A DNA stretch of 64,000 nt, taken from Paraspadella gotoi (Eukaryota; Animalia; Chaetognatha). A program made the position numbers and the translations under genes. This document shows positions 37,631 through 51,597 of the stretch, one piece after another (positions within the stretch are counted from its first letter, which is position 1; every line of letters begins with the position of its first letter). The notes beneath the pieces were generated by a model that was not told where the DNA came from, did no database searches, and saw only the letters and a program-made list of their open reading frames with translations. Location: the NCBI GenBank assembly GCA_051294375.1, contig CM119265.1, positions 4,648,421 through 4,712,420 of the forward strand, in the 5' to 3' direction.

Positions 37631-37985
37631 AGTCTCAGTCTCAGCCCTCCGCCGTCTCAGTCTTCATCTCAGCCTCCAGTCTCAGTCTCAGTCTCGAAGT
37701 CGCCAGTCTCCAGTCTCAGCGCCCCAGTGTCACCAGTCTTCAACCTTCAGTCTCAGCCTCAAGTCCCAGTCTCAGTCTCCAGTCTCAGTCTCAGTCTCCA
37801 GGTCTCAGTCCAGCCTCTCAGTCTCACTTCTCCCAGTCTCAGTCTTCAACCTCAGTCTCCAGCCCTCATCGCTCAGTTCCCAGTCTCCCCAGTCTCAGTC
37901 CAATTCTCAGTCTCAGTTCCCCAGTCCCAGTCTCAGTCTCAGTCTCAGCCTCAGTCTCAGCCTGTCTCATGTTTCTCAGTCCTCG
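37631..37985. repeat. Degenerate hexanucleotide satellite (AGTCTC)n
   Basis: About 350 bp of agtctc/agcctc/agtccc variants. Confidence 0.9.
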
Positions 37986-40338
37986 TCAGTCATTTATCGT
38001 CGGTCGTCGTCCCTTTCCCATCACATCACCGATCTTGAACATTTCCGCCATCAGCTTTCAGCCCCCCCCTTCCACCTTCTCTACCCCCCGGTCCCCCACC
38101 TCCGTGCCATTTTGCCATTAAATCAAACGCTATTAATTTTTTCTTTTTAATAATATGATATTCCATCCCTCGCGTGCTTCGAGCCCCCTTTTCGGAAAAA
38201 TACTAAAACCTCGAGTGGCCCAGCGGTCNNNNNNNNNNNNNNNNNNNNNNNNNNNNNNNNNNNNNNNNNNNNNNNNNNNNNNNNNNNNNNNNNNNNNAAA
38301 AAAAAAAAGAGTGAGGCTGCGTCAAAATTACTCGCGAGAGGCGCGACCGCATTTCCGGTCCATTAATCGCGTTCGTCAGAGACTCGACGTCGCCGAAACT
38401 CGAAATTACGGGCGGGTGAGGATTGAGGGTGAGAGAAGTGTCGGGGTAGGGAATAGGGTAAGGCGAAGTCAGGAAGACGATTGAAGACGAGGATGTCGCA
38501 GAGATGGGTTGCCGAGTAAGGTTGGACGTTTGTGAGTGGGTGAGTGATAGGACGAGGTGAGTCATAAGGATACGAGGTTTGTCGAGATCTGGTGAAGTGA
38601 AAATGGTCGGAAGTGAAGAAGTGATGTTGATGAATCGCGGAGCGCTCTCAAGAAATGGTCTTGGTTGACTAACAGAAGAAGAAAAATGTTCGTGGACGAG
38701 CCAAGAAGGTAGGGCTGAAGTGAGAAAAAATAAAAGTGTGGCACAACCCTGCTTGAGGCTCGAACAAGGTTCGGGTGCGGCTAAGCCCTGGTCCAGGTGC
38801 AGCTAAGCCTCGATCTAGGTGTAACTCAACAACGGTCCAGGTGCGTTCCGCATTTTCTCTAGTTCGTCGCCGTTTTTCCATTCCCCTCGTCCTCTGGGAA
38901 TATGAGATCCGGCGATTGCCGCAAAGCGTAGGAAGGAATGAAATTCAATTTCTACTTCATTTGCATATGTTTGCTTTTTTTAAGAGTATTTATTTATAAT
39001 GAAAAGAAAAACCTCATGGTTAATAATTTTTTTTTGACTATCGTTTAAAATTTAGTTTCCCAAATATCCAATATAATCAACACATTGTACTTACCTCCGT
39101 TTTTGAAGCACAGCCACAAACGATGTACGAAAATCAAAGTTTGTGTCAAAGAGTTCATCTCTCCGTGTATCGCGGATCAATTGGCAAGTCACGAATATGC
39201 GACATCTTTTCGCTTACAAATCGTAAAGAAATATAGAAGCATGAAAAGACGAGCCAAGGCGAGAGAGAGAGACAGAGAGCGAGAGCCTTTTCCTCGCTCG
39301 CTCTCTCGCTCGCGCTCTTCGACCTCATCGGAAAAGCCGCCGCTAGGCGCCGCCTCTTTTCCTCTTTCCTTCTTATCGATTTTTTTTCCCCGTTTTACAT
39401 TTTCCTTCGCAAAAACTCGACCCACTTTGTTTCTTATCGAACGATCCACTTCTGTCGTCCGCGAGATGTAGTTTCGTTCGATGCGGAGAAAGGGAGAGAG
39501 TGATGGAAAGATTCATAGACCGAAAGACAGAAAAGATAGAAAAAGAAAGACAGAAGACAAACTGACACTTCTCACAGCATGGAACTTAGTATTATCTCAA
39601 ATCGATGGAACTTTTTTGCTGTTTTTGTTTTTTTTTTGTTTTTGTTTTTTTGTTCTAAGGTACAGACGTACTCTGTCTACATTTTTACCGAATCCTCTCT
39701 CTCTCTCACTCTCTCTCTCTCTCCCTCTCTCTCTCTCTCAAAAAGTCTAACGCGTACTCTTCCTACGTTTTTTCGTTTCCGTTGATTAAAATTTCGAAGA
39801 TCAAATTCGAGTTTTTGTTTCTCGATCTCTTCGGTTCGTTATCTCGCTTTATTCTTAAAGAGAAACAGGAGATGCAGCTGATGAGACAGTAGCAGCCCAG
39901 GCTAATAGAATCTAACAATATCTTGTTGGCAAAACTCTCCCAAACAAATACGCAATTGATAATCGAACAAAGTAGCAACAATAAGCAAATTCTTCAAAAG
40001 GATACGGACGTATTGCATCTCTTGTCTTTTTTATCTCAGGTTTGAAATTTAGCGACGACAACGACGACGACAACGGCAACAAAGACGACGACGACGACGA
40101 CAACAAACACGACGACGACTTCTTGAAATCAAGTTTCTTATCTCCTTTCATCGTGAAAAAAGCTTCGACGCCTCGTCTTTTGTCTCACCCCGTCCTCTTT
40201 CATTTTTTTCCCTTTAATTTTTTTATTTCTTTTTTTCTTTTAATATTTTTTTCTTTTCTCAGTTTTAATTATATTTTTTCTTCCTCCACTTTTTTCACGT
40301 CCCCCCCTGGAAAGAATTATCAACTGAATTAATGATTT

Positions 40339-40374
<36 letters not shown>

Positions 40375-41211
40375 NNNNNNNNNNNNNNNNNNNNNNNNNG
40401 AATACGTTTCAGTGCTGCAAAACGGACGTGTTCATTTTTTGACTGGTCTCTCCGCTCTTCTCGACTTTCCCTCTCCAATAAGTCAAAGAAGTAATCTATA
40501 ATAGTTTTTTTAAATCGTTTAATCTCATGGTGTAAAGGTTTGGGGAATATCTCCGATTTCCTCTTCTCACCTCTTCTCGTATCAAAAATACAAGATGGCA
40601 AATTAGTAAAAAAAGAATATAAAATTCATCCAATTATTACCGGTCACGCTGTTTCCTACTTAGTATTAATAAATCATAATTAAATCGAATTATAAATCTC
40701 CAATTCGAGATGACACTGCCTCTGGGCGATCATCGGAAACGAATATAATGAGGATCTTCTCAGCTCTCTCTTCTCCTCATCCTCTTCTCTCTCTCTCTCT
40801 CCTCTTCTCTCTTCATCTCTCTCTCTCCTCTTTTCTCCTCTTTCATTTCTAATTCTTTTTAGACAGAAGGAAATAAGGATTTTTTTAACTCAGACTTTTT
40901 TTTTTCTACATATTTTTTTTTCTTACAACCGGGGGTTTTTTTCCATGTAGTTTTTTTATTTTTTCCATATCTTTTTTTTACCTTTTGCTTCCCTTCGAAT
41001 TTTGGCGTCTTTTCCTTTGTTTGTTCTTAGATTTTTTATTTTTTCTCTTTAATTTTTTTTGTCACTAAAGAAAATAGATAAGAAAAGAAACAGAGATAGA
41101 AAAAAAAAAAAATGATTAAAAAACAGAGAAAATAAGGGCAGTTCTTTCCAGCCAACTGTGAGTGCTAACAAAAATGAAGAGAGAGAGGAAGGAGGAGAGA
41201 GAGAAGAGAGT

Positions 41212-41247
<36 letters not shown>

Positions 41248-41251
<4 letters not shown>

Positions 41252-41532
41252 CCTGGTCATATAAAATATATATTTATCGCTCTTTATTTGGCGTCCGCAT
41301 GCAGAGCGAAGGAGAAAAACCTGGTCGCCATGTTGGTGCCATCCTAGGAGGCCAGAAAAGTGGAAACAATTTTATTATACCCAAATAAGGAACAATGAAA
41401 TATAAATAGCCGTCCGTTCCAACGGAAAAGCAGGCGTTGGCAACTCGAGATTTTCGAGAAAGGGCATTAAAATATGATCGCTGCCACTTCGGTTGGAGTA
41501 AAGGCATTTTTTAAAAGAGAGAGGAGAGAGAG

Positions 41533-41567
<35 letters not shown>

Positions 41568-42784
41568 TGGAGGGAATTGATAAAAGCCGTACCCTGAGAA
41601 AAAAAGGAGAATGAGCTTCTTTTAATGTATCATTAAACGCGGTGATATTCGATAAAGGAGAGAAGATTAAGAATAAGAAAAAATTTATTGAAGCGGCGCA
41701 GAAACAAGGTAGAGAGAGTGGAAAAGAAAAGAGAGTAAAAAAGGAGAAGCGAGAGAGCGGCAGAGAGGGGAGGCGTATTCCTTGTGCATTTTCAAAGTCA
41801 AAGAAAGAGTGGGGAATATCGGTGGAAAGACTTTCCACCAATTTTAGTTTCAGTTTTGCCGTGTACTGTAAAAAATGCTTTCAAATATTTTTTTCCAAAT
41901 TAAAAAAATATTGATTGGCCGGGACCTTTTGTATTTAAAAATAAAGAAAAATAGTAAATTAATTTGATATTTACATGAAGTATATATAACTTTTGAATTT
42001 TTAAAAATGTAATTGAAACTTTCATAAAAGAAAAAAATTATAATTCGTTTTCGAAAAATCAAAGAATTACTTTGTCGAAGTTTAATTATAAGTTTTTTAT
42101 TATTAATCCTTAAAAAAAAATATAGATTATAGAAGGAACAACAGAGACAAAAAATATTAATTAAAGGAAAAATGGAGATTAAAATCATCACAAATGAAGA
42201 GGAAAAGGTAGAAAGGATTTCCATCATGATCTTGGGGTAGTCGCAATCCGTCCAGAGAGAGAGGAGAAGAGAGAGGGAGGAAGAGAGAGAGGTTCCTTCT
42301 ATAATCTATATTTTTTTTAAAGGATAATAAAAACTTATAATTAACGTCGAAAAGTAATTCTGATTTTCGAAAAACGAATTATGAATTTTTTTTATGAAAG
42401 TTTCAATTACATTTTAAAATTCGGAAAAGTTATATATACTTCATGTAAATATCAAATTAATTACTATTTTTTTAAATACAAAAGGTCCCGCAATCAATTT
42501 TTTTAATTTGGAAAAAATATTTGAGCATTTTTACAGTACACGGCAAAACTGAAACTAAAATTGTGAAAGTCTTCCACCGATATTCCCCACTCTTCTTTGA
42601 AAATGCACAAAGAATACGCTCCCTCTCTGCCGCTCTCTATCGCTTCTCCTTTTTTACTCTCTCTCTTTCCACTCTCTTTACTCTCTGTTCTGCTCAATTC
42701 TTAATCTTCTCTATCGAATATCACCGCGTTATGAATACATAAAGAAGCTCATCTTTTCTCAGGGTACGGCTTTATCAAATTCCC

Positions 42785-42837
<53 letters not shown>

Positions 42838-43080
42838 CTCTTTTAAAAAATGCCTTTACTCCAACCGAAGTGGCAGCGATCATAATGCCCTTCTCGAAAT
42901 CTCGAGTGCCAACGCCTGGCTTTCCGTTGGAACGGCGCTATTTATATTTCATTGTTCCTTATTTGGGTAAAATTGTTCCACTTTTCTGCCTCCTGATGGC
43001 ACCAACATGGCGACAGGTTTTTCTCCTTCGCTGCAGCGGACGCCAATAAGAGCGATATATATTTTATATGACCAGGAGTC
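41248..43080. repeat. Long imperfect inverted repeat: arms 41248-42139 and 42292-43080, spacer about 150 bp
   Basis: The left arm GACTCCTGGTCATATAAAAT...TATAGATTATAGAAGGAAC is the reverse complement of the right arm GTTCCTTCTATAATCTATA...ATTTTATATGACCAGGAGTC. Minus-strand ORF 42503..42697 mirrors plus-strand ORF 41642..41914. Confidence 0.93.
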
Positions 43081-44240
43081 TCTCTCTCTCNNNNNNNNNN
43101 NNNNNNNNNNNNNNNNNNNNNNNNNNNNNNNNNNNNNNNNNNNNNNNNNNNNNNNNNNNNNNNNNNNNNNNNNNNNNNNNNNNNNNNNNNNNNNNNNNNN
43201 NNNNNNNNNNNNNNNNNNNNNNNNNNNNNNNNNNNNNNNNNNNNNNNNNNNNNNNNNNNNNNNNNNNNNNNNNNNNNNNNNNNNNNNNNNNNNNNNNNNN
43301 NNNNNNNNNNNNNNNNNNNNNNNNNNNNNNNNNNNNNNNNNNNNNNNNNNNNNNNNNNNNNNNNNNNNNNNNNNNNNNNNNNNNNNNNNNNNNNNNNNNN
43401 NNNNNNNNNNNNNNNNNNNNNNNAAATCCTATCATCCAACATCTTTCCAATTCCTTATCTATGTAAGTTAATCTTACCACTTTTCAACTCAATCTTAAAG
43501 CTTTCTACCTACCACCCCCCACCTATTTTTACATAGTTACCCCTTCTATCCGACCCGCTAACAATTCTGTCCTTTTTCCGTCGCTCCATGGAATCTCGCA
43601 TCATGAAACGTCGTCTGCTGAAGATTGAAAAAAAAAGGTCAAATCTCGATTTTTACCTTCTGACCCAAACTCCCTTTGCGTCTGTCTCCCTTGGCTCTTC
43701 CTGGTTTGCGTCTCTCTTTTCTCTCTTCTTCTCTTCATCCCTCTCTATCGCCCCTCCCCTCTTCTCCCGATCCTCCCTCTCTCAACGCGCTGGACTTAAT
43801 GTTCGTTTTACGTGTGTTTACAATTTTTTTTTTCTCTTCCTCCCCGGTCGACTTTTTACCTCTTCCTTCGAGTATTTTCCCCTTTAAATCCGATTAATCC
43901 TTTCCTTTCTTTTTTTAACTTTTCTTTCCTTCTTTTTCAGAACATTTTTTTCTGTTCCTTTTTTTTTCTGCTCGACCATTTTTTTCGCTCAGCTGATTTT
44001 TTTTTCTTCACTTTTCCTCCATTTTTCGCTCATGAGCCTATGAATTTTTANNNNNNNNNNNNNNNNNNNNNNNNNNNNNNNNNNNNNNNNNNNNNNNNNN
44101 NNNNNNNNNNNNNNNNNNNNNNNNNNNNNNNNNNNNNNNNNNNNNNNNNNNNNNNNNNNNNNNNNNNNNNNNNNNNNNNNNNNNNNNNNNNNNNNNNNNN
44201 NNNNNNNNNNNNNNNNNNNNNNNNNNNNNNNNNNNNNNNN

Positions 44241-44273
<33 letters not shown>

Positions 44274-45346
44274 GCTCTCCCCGGGGTTCTCCCTCTAATC
44301 GTTGGAGTGAGACAATGAGGCGCGCGAGAGTCGGTTAATCTGAGACGCTTTCTTCACCAAGAAATATTCCCTTTCCTTTTGTTCCTTTCCTCCTTTTCCT
44401 CCTTTTTTCTTCTTCTTTTTGTCGACCTTGAGTCATTTTCTCCCGTCACTCGATTGTTCGTTTCGTTCCGCGTTCTCATCTCAACCTTTCTCGTTAGTTA
44501 AGGGATTTTTTTTTTTGCAGGTCGAAACGACCTAACTTTGTGCGTTTTATGTTATAAACTGTTATGAACAAAGCTATAATTAAATGGAGTTTAATTGACA
44601 ATAATTAGGTGCAGATGGGATTGTTTCAAAATATACGGTGATTTAGTTCAATAAATAAGTAAATTAAAACAGAGGAATATTTAAGTAAATGCTGAGAAAA
44701 AAGTATCGTAAAATAAAACTTGTTAATATATGCATTCCATTCGGCGATCGAATGTTACAGATTTATTTCATCAGGAAAAATTGATTTTAACTAATTGGCT
44801 GAATGGGGAATTTTCGCATTTATCCCACCAGTTTCATATAACGACGTAATTAAACTCGATTCCCGAATGTCTCGAAAAGTTGGGCCGTTTCATTTCACCG
44901 ACGGAGGCGATAACCAATCCCACTTCGTTTGTTCTCCCCAGTTTTGTGTNNNNNNNNNNNNNNNNNNNNNNNNNNNNNNNNNNNNNNNNNNNNNNNNNNN
45001 NNNNNNNNNNNNNNNNNNNNNNNNNNNNNNNNNNNNNNNNNNNNNNNNNNNNNNNNNNNNNNNNNNNNNNNNNNNNNNNNNNNNNNNNNNNNNNNNNNNN
45101 NNNNNNNNNNNNNNNNNNNNNNNNNNNNNNNNNNNNNNNNNNNNNNNNNNNNNNNNNNNNNNNNNNNNNNNNNNNNNNNNNNNNNNNNNNNNNGAGAGAG
45201 AGAGAGAGAGAGAGAATCTCACCGGATCACTTCGCTTCGAGTTCACGAGCGACCATTCATCTCCCTTCCGGTTCTCGACACTCCGCTTTGGCCGCCGCCG
45301 TTCTTTTGTTATTAAGTGCCTTTTGTCTTCTTTTCCTCTCCAGGAT

Positions 45347-45388
<42 letters not shown>

Positions 45389-46219
45389 TCCTGCGTCGAA
45401 GCTGCTCGCGACGCGAAAGACGCAATAATTTAACGTTTTATGGGCATTTTTTCCGCCGCCGATGCCAGCGCCGCCAACGGAAACGCCAACGCCACCTTCT
45501 CGCCTTGCGGCAACTCTACGCCAACGCCATCTAGAGTCGACCGCAACTCCACGCCAACGCTTTTAACGCCTCCACCCCCGAGTCCAGCGCTACCTATCTC
45601 CCTATGTGAGAGATTAAACAAAGCAATGAAATAACAATGAACTGTATTGTTTATAAACAAATATCGACTATTTATATTTTTAAACACCTTTACAAAAGGT
45701 AAATAAGATCGACGGATTATGACGAGAGTTTATGTCCAACACTTTTTCTTTAATAGAGAACAGTGTTGAGTCAGAATGGAAACTGACGTTGCAAAAATAA
45801 TTGTAATTGTAAGCGCAGTGTGAGAATCTTATGTATAATTTATTTCATTAAAACTCTTGAATTTTCCTAATTTTAAAAACCCCATTAAGAAATTTCCCTT
45901 TTTAAAACATGGGTCTTGGAAAGAGGAAGATTTCATTATACGTTATGATTATTCATTTAAGACGGTTTTGATTTGAAGCTTTGCCTTTATGCTTTGCTTT
46001 TATGGTTTTAGCAATTTATGGTTTGAATTTCAACTTTGTTTTAAATTTATTTAATTTTTTGTGGGTATTTTTTTAAATTATATTTTTAGTTAGAATTTAC
46101 CTCCACTTCCTTTTTTTGTAATTTTTTTTCTTCAAATTGAAATCTACTTTGTTTATCACATTTCCCTTCAGTTTTCAATTTTGGCTGTTTCCACTTTTGT
46201 TTTCAACGTTGGATTCGTA

Positions 46220-46266
46220 TCCGGTTTCACTTCCGGTTTCACTTCCGGTTTCACTTCCGGTTTCAC
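46220..46266. repeat. 12-bp tandem repeat (TCCGGTTTCACT) x ~4 carrying three ETS/GABP cores (ACTTCCGG)
   Basis: tccggtttcact tccggtttcact tccggtttcact tccggtttcac. Confidence 0.85.
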
Positions 46267-46344
46267 CCGAATTTTTTTTCACTAGAAAAAATATTTTTGG
46301 CTCTTGAGTTGGTGAGTAGGGAAGGAAAGGGGAAAGGAGAAAGC

Positions 46345-46400
<56 letters not shown>

Positions 46401-46480
46401 CTTTTGGACGGAATCCATCATCCATCCCCGTGTTGACGGGGTGAAGGGGGCAAAGATGAAGACGTGGAAGGCGGAGGGGG

Positions 46481-46521
<41 letters not shown>

Positions 46522-48364
46522 AAACGACGACCCGAACGACGGAGCAAAACGAGAAGAATGATGAAGAAGAAAGCATATGGAGCGAGAAGACGTTACAGGA
46601 TGCCGCTAGTGGGTGGAAGCAAATGGGGAGTAATGGACCCCGTGGGGATATGAAGACGGAGAGAGGGGGGAAGAGTGGTCATCGGTTGTGCACTGTGCAG
46701 GGGGGGGCGGAGCAAACGGCGAATGAGAGACCAATGAGGCGAATTATGAAAGGGTTGGGGTCTGCGATGAAATTGCTGAGCTGGAGACAGGGAATTATCT
46801 TGACCGGGCCCAGTCCAGAGTGGCTAATACCTTTCCGTTCTGAAGAGACAGGAGTCGTCTCGCTGAAGTTGTCTCACTGAAAACGTCTCACTGGAGTCGT
46901 CCCCGCTTTTGCCATCCACATGTCTGACCCGGGAAATCTGCAGCTGAAGTCGCTGACGCTCCGCCAGAACGATCGCTGCTGACGCGTTTCCGTCGCTGCC
47001 AATTTCGATCGAAACGCTGACCCCGAGATTGGGCTACCCTTGGCGCCTCCCGTCCGTTCCTCGGTTGCCGCGCTCGCTTCGTCCGTTTTTGTGTAGGTCG
47101 CACGTCGCCGCTGCTCAGCCGTCCGCGCCTGCCGCCCTTCTCCAGACTCGGCCTTTCCTTCCGCGCCTCTCGCGGCCGCCTCCTGCTTGCCTCTCAGTCC
47201 CGTCCGCGCTCCTCTCTCTATCATTCGCACCGCCCGCTCGCCGGCCCGAACCCAACTCCGCCCATTTTCCCTACCTCTCGCCGTCGTTCCTCCGTCCGTC
47301 GCTGAGAATCGTCCTTCGCGCCGCTGTCGCTGTGTGTAAATCTTTATATTTCATCGTATCCTATTTCATGTCCGCTATCTCTCCTCTGTTTGCGCATCGC
47401 CATTCTGGTACGCCTCTCCCGGCATGTAGAATATCGCAGCTATCTGCATCCGTTTCTTCTTTTATTCCATATTCTCGCGTATTGTTATTGAAACGCGTCT
47501 GTGTGGCAGCTCCGTTTGCAGCATATTCGATGTCCCACTTGTTTTGGTGGACAAAGATCCACTTGGAGTGGGATTAAGAGGACAGGAGTTTGACGGTCTA
47601 TAGTGGCCGATTGTTTCTGGCATCGTTTTCTCCTTTTTTATGACATCTAGTAGCCGGTTTATATATCGCCGACGCTGACGCTGACCCCCCCCCCTCACTT
47701 TGATATCCCTCTAAATGTTGATAACCGCAAGCCTCCTTTTTTTTCCTCGTCTGCTTCGTCGTCGTATTCTCCCTTTTTTTTTGTCTTCGTTTTCTTCTTC
47801 TCATTTGTTCCTTTCATTTGGTTCATTTCATTTTCTTGCCGTGGCAAGTGACTCAAAATGAAATAACCATTAGGCCGCCATGGAGATTCTTTCACTCGGT
47901 ATGCTCTCTCTCTCTCTCTCTCNNNNNNNNNNNNNNNNNNNNNNNNNNNNNNNNNNNNNNNNNNNNNNNNNNNNNNNNNNNNNNNNNNNNNNNNNNNNNN
48001 NNNNNNNNNNNNNNNNNNNNNNNNNNNNNNNNNNNNNNNNNNNNNNNNNNNNNNNNNNNNNNNNNNNNNNNNNNNNNNNNNNNNNNNTCCCTCTCACTGT
48101 TTCTTCTCCACCTCTTTTTCGCTCTCCCCCTCAATCTTCCTCTGAGTTGAACTAATGGTCATTTGTTTTTGTTTATATATTATTTTCTTTATTATCGCTC
48201 CGCGTGTAACTAACGACCTCGTTTGTCTTGTACTGCAATATGTAGACTTCACGTCCGGTCCCCCATTTCTAGCTTATGTACAAGTAGATATTTTTCTCTT
48301 TGTAATGCCAGCGGTTGTGCGGGGTTGTTTGCGGAATGTGGTCGGACATTAGCAAATCTCTCTC

Positions 48365-48408
<44 letters not shown>

Positions 48409-50559
48409 TCTCTCTTTCTTTCTCTCATTGTAGTTCGCGGTTTTTTAGTTTTTCCCTTTCGTATGAATCATTTGCGCGTCTGCCTTTTTTTCCCCGTTTT
48501 TTTGCTTTTTTCTATATTTCTTTTTGTATTTTATTCTTTAGGTGTTTTTTTTTTAAACGTTTTTTCACAGCTCATTTCTTTTCTGCTCTTTCCTCTTTTT
48601 TCCTATTTTTTTCGTAACCTTCACTCTTTCCTTCTCATTGTTCACTGTTTCTTTCCTTACCTTTCCTTTCTTTTCTTTCCTTTTTTGTCTCTCCTACCCT
48701 TCCTTCTCCATTCTTTTTCCTCCAACCTAACTCATAAAAGACGTCACGTTTTTTTCCTTAAAACCGCCAAAAAAAAAAAAAGCTCAAAAAAATTAGGTCG
48801 AGCATTAAAAGGCATTATTCTCGTTGCTCTTTTGTCATCCTTCTCCCGACANNNNNNNNNNNNNNNNNNNNNNNNNNNNNNNNNNNNNNNNNNNNNNNNN
48901 NNNNNNNNNNNNNNNNNNNNNNNNNNNNNNNNNATTTTACAGAAACCTAAAGAATAACATTTGTCGAATATTTAAATGAAACTATTCATTCCCAAAGGTC
49001 AATTAAAACATCATGCTTAACCAATATTTTTAATTAGCTAATTAGAGTCCAGTATTTTTAATTTTAGGAATTGAAAAATAATGCAGAATTTTCTTTTAAT
49101 TCGTTTTTTCAGTTGAATTTTTAAATGTTACTTTTTTTAAAAAAGCGATGCTTCTAAAACTCTTTTTTTTTTTGTCGCGTCGGGGGCGGAGTCAAAGCCG
49201 CTCTCTCCCCTCCCTTCGTCTGGTTCTCGTTACTTCGGCATCGTCTTCCGCTTTTTCGTCGTCGTCGTCGTCGCTGTCGTCGTCCTCATTATCGACGTCT
49301 TCCGAGTCTTCTCGCTCCNNNNNNNNNNNNNNNNNNNNNNNNNNNNNNNNNNNNNNNNNNNNNNNNNNNNNNNNNNNNNNNNNNNNNNNNNNNNNNNNNN
49401 NNNNNNNNNNNNNNNNNNNNNNNNNNNNNNNNNNNNNNNNNNNNNNNNNNNNNNNNNNNNNNNNNNNNNNNNNNNNNNNNNNNNNNNNNNNNNNNNNNNN
49501 NNNNNNNNNNNNNNNNNNNNNNNNNNNNNNNNNNNNNNNNNNNCTCGCACTCACCCTCTCCCTCTCTTCTTTCTCTTTTATTATTTAACTCGCAAGAACT
49601 TAAAATAAAAAAAATGTAACAAACTCAAAAAACGCACAACTTAAAAAAAAACAAACAAAAAAAACCTTTTCAGCTTCCAAAATGTGTCGATAACAAAACG
49701 ACTAATGGACTCAAAACCATCGCCTCTCATCGAGTTTTCTCTAAAAAAAATTCATCTCCGAAATTTTCTTTCGCGTTTTATCGTTTTTGTTTTTTTTTTA
49801 ACATTTCTTTTTAAACGTTCGATCTCCTTTATTTTTTAAACCTTTTTCTCTTCCTTCTCCATCGACTCTTTCTCTCACCTCGTAAAACTTGTTACTTCTT
49901 CTTCAAGGTCGACTTTCCTTTTATTTCCTTTCTCTTTTCTCCGCCGCCAGCGACTCTGCGGCGGCTGGAAAATCCGTTATATCCTATTGTTTGAAAAAAA
50001 TATTAACGCTGTATTATTTATCTCTTTTCTCTCTCTCTCACCAGATGGCAGTTGGAGACAATCGTGCGGACATTTTCCTGCTTATCAGCTCGTTGCCAGA
50101 CGGACGTCACGAATTAAACTCTCATTGTCGCCGCCAGTCGCCGCCGCCATCGTCGCCGCCGTCGCCGTCCGCGTCGCCGTAACGACGCCATGAAACGTGA
50201 CGCTCAATAACGCCAAGGATTATTTAGAGGGCGCCGCCTGTGACGCCTCGCGACGCCCTACCGACGAAAATGACGCCTGCGATGGATGCTAAAAGACTCG
50301 CGACGTGAAGAAGCGCATTCTCAAGTTTCTCGACGGCGAAAGCGAAGGCACGACGTCGTCAAGGAATCTGACACACAAACGTCTTTAACGTCTCTATAGT
50401 AGTTAAAAACTAATAAATAACGCGATTGATCTCCGTTAATAAAACAAAAAGAAAAACAATTACTAAAAGATACTACGTAAAAATGACGCTACAACAAGCC
50501 CCCTTCACCGAGTAAAAAAAAACTAAAAAAACGGAAACTTTCCACGCCAAAGTCAAAGG

Positions 50560-50594
<35 letters not shown>

Positions 50595-51531
50595 NNNNNN
50601 NNNNNNNNNNNNNNNNNNNNNNNNNNNNNNNNNNNNNNNNNNNNNNNNNNNNNNNNNNNNNNNNNNNNNNNNNNNNNNNNNNNNNNNNNNNNNNNNNNNN
50701 NNNNNNNNNNNNNNNNNNNNNNNNNNNNNNNNNNNNNNNNNNNNNNNNNNNNNNNNNNNNNNNNNNNNNNNNNNNNNNNNNNNNNNNNNNNNNNNNNNNN
50801 NNNNNNNNNNNNNNNNNNNNNNNNNNNNNNNNNNNNNNNNNNTGTGACAAGTGCGAAAGAATGAAGAGAAGGAAGAGTAGAAGGGGGAAAGGATGCAACG
50901 GGATGCGACGGTGTTTGAGCAGGTTGTANNNNNNNNNNNNNNNNNNNNNNNNNNNNNNNNNNNNNNNNNNNNNNNNNNNNNNNNNNNNNNNNNNNNNNNN
51001 NNNNNNNNNNNNNNNNNNNNNNNNNNNNNNNNNNNNNNNNNNNNNNNNNNNNNNNNNNNNNNNNNNNNNNNNNNNNNNNNNNNNNNNNNNNNNNNNNNNN
51101 NNNNNNNNNNNNNNNNNNNNNNNNNNNNNNNNNNNNNNNNNNNNNNNNNNNNNNNNNNNNNNNNNNNNNNNNNNNNNNNNNNNNNNNNNNNNNNNNNNNN
51201 NNNNNNNNNNNNNNNNNNNNNNNNNNNNNNNNNNNNNNNNNNNNNNNNNNNNNNNNNNNNNNNNNNNNNNNNNNNNNNNNNNNNNNNNNNNNNNNNNNNN
51301 NNNNNNNNNNNNNNNNNNNNNNNNNNNNNNNNNNNNNNNNNNNNNNNNNNNNNNNNNNNNNNNNNNNNNNNNNCTTTTTTTCTTTTCTTTTCTCCTTTTC
51401 AATTTTCTTTTTCTCCTCCTCCTCACACTCTTGCTGTCGATTTCGCTCTTGTAACTGTAATCAAAATACATGTTTCTCCAAGTCTATTGTGAGCTTGTAA
51501 TCTTCAGGGATCACGAACGTCGGAGGGTGAG

Positions 51532-51597
51532 AAATTTCAATTTCAATTTCAATTTCAATTTCAATTTCAATTTCAATTTCAATTTCAATTTCAATTC
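51532..51597. repeat. (AATTTC)n hexamer microsatellite inside a short duplicated unit
   Basis: About 10 AATTTC copies; GAGGGTGAGAAATTTCAAT occurs near 51523 and again near 51608. Confidence 0.9.

Noticed and set aside
39878-39886. CTGATGAG hammerhead-like core
   Set aside because: There is no stem II followed by GAAA and no flanking helices.
46464-47577. ORFs 46464..46880 and 47029..47577
   Set aside because: They have no domain signal, and the sequence resembles low-quality gap-fill or compositionally biased DNA.
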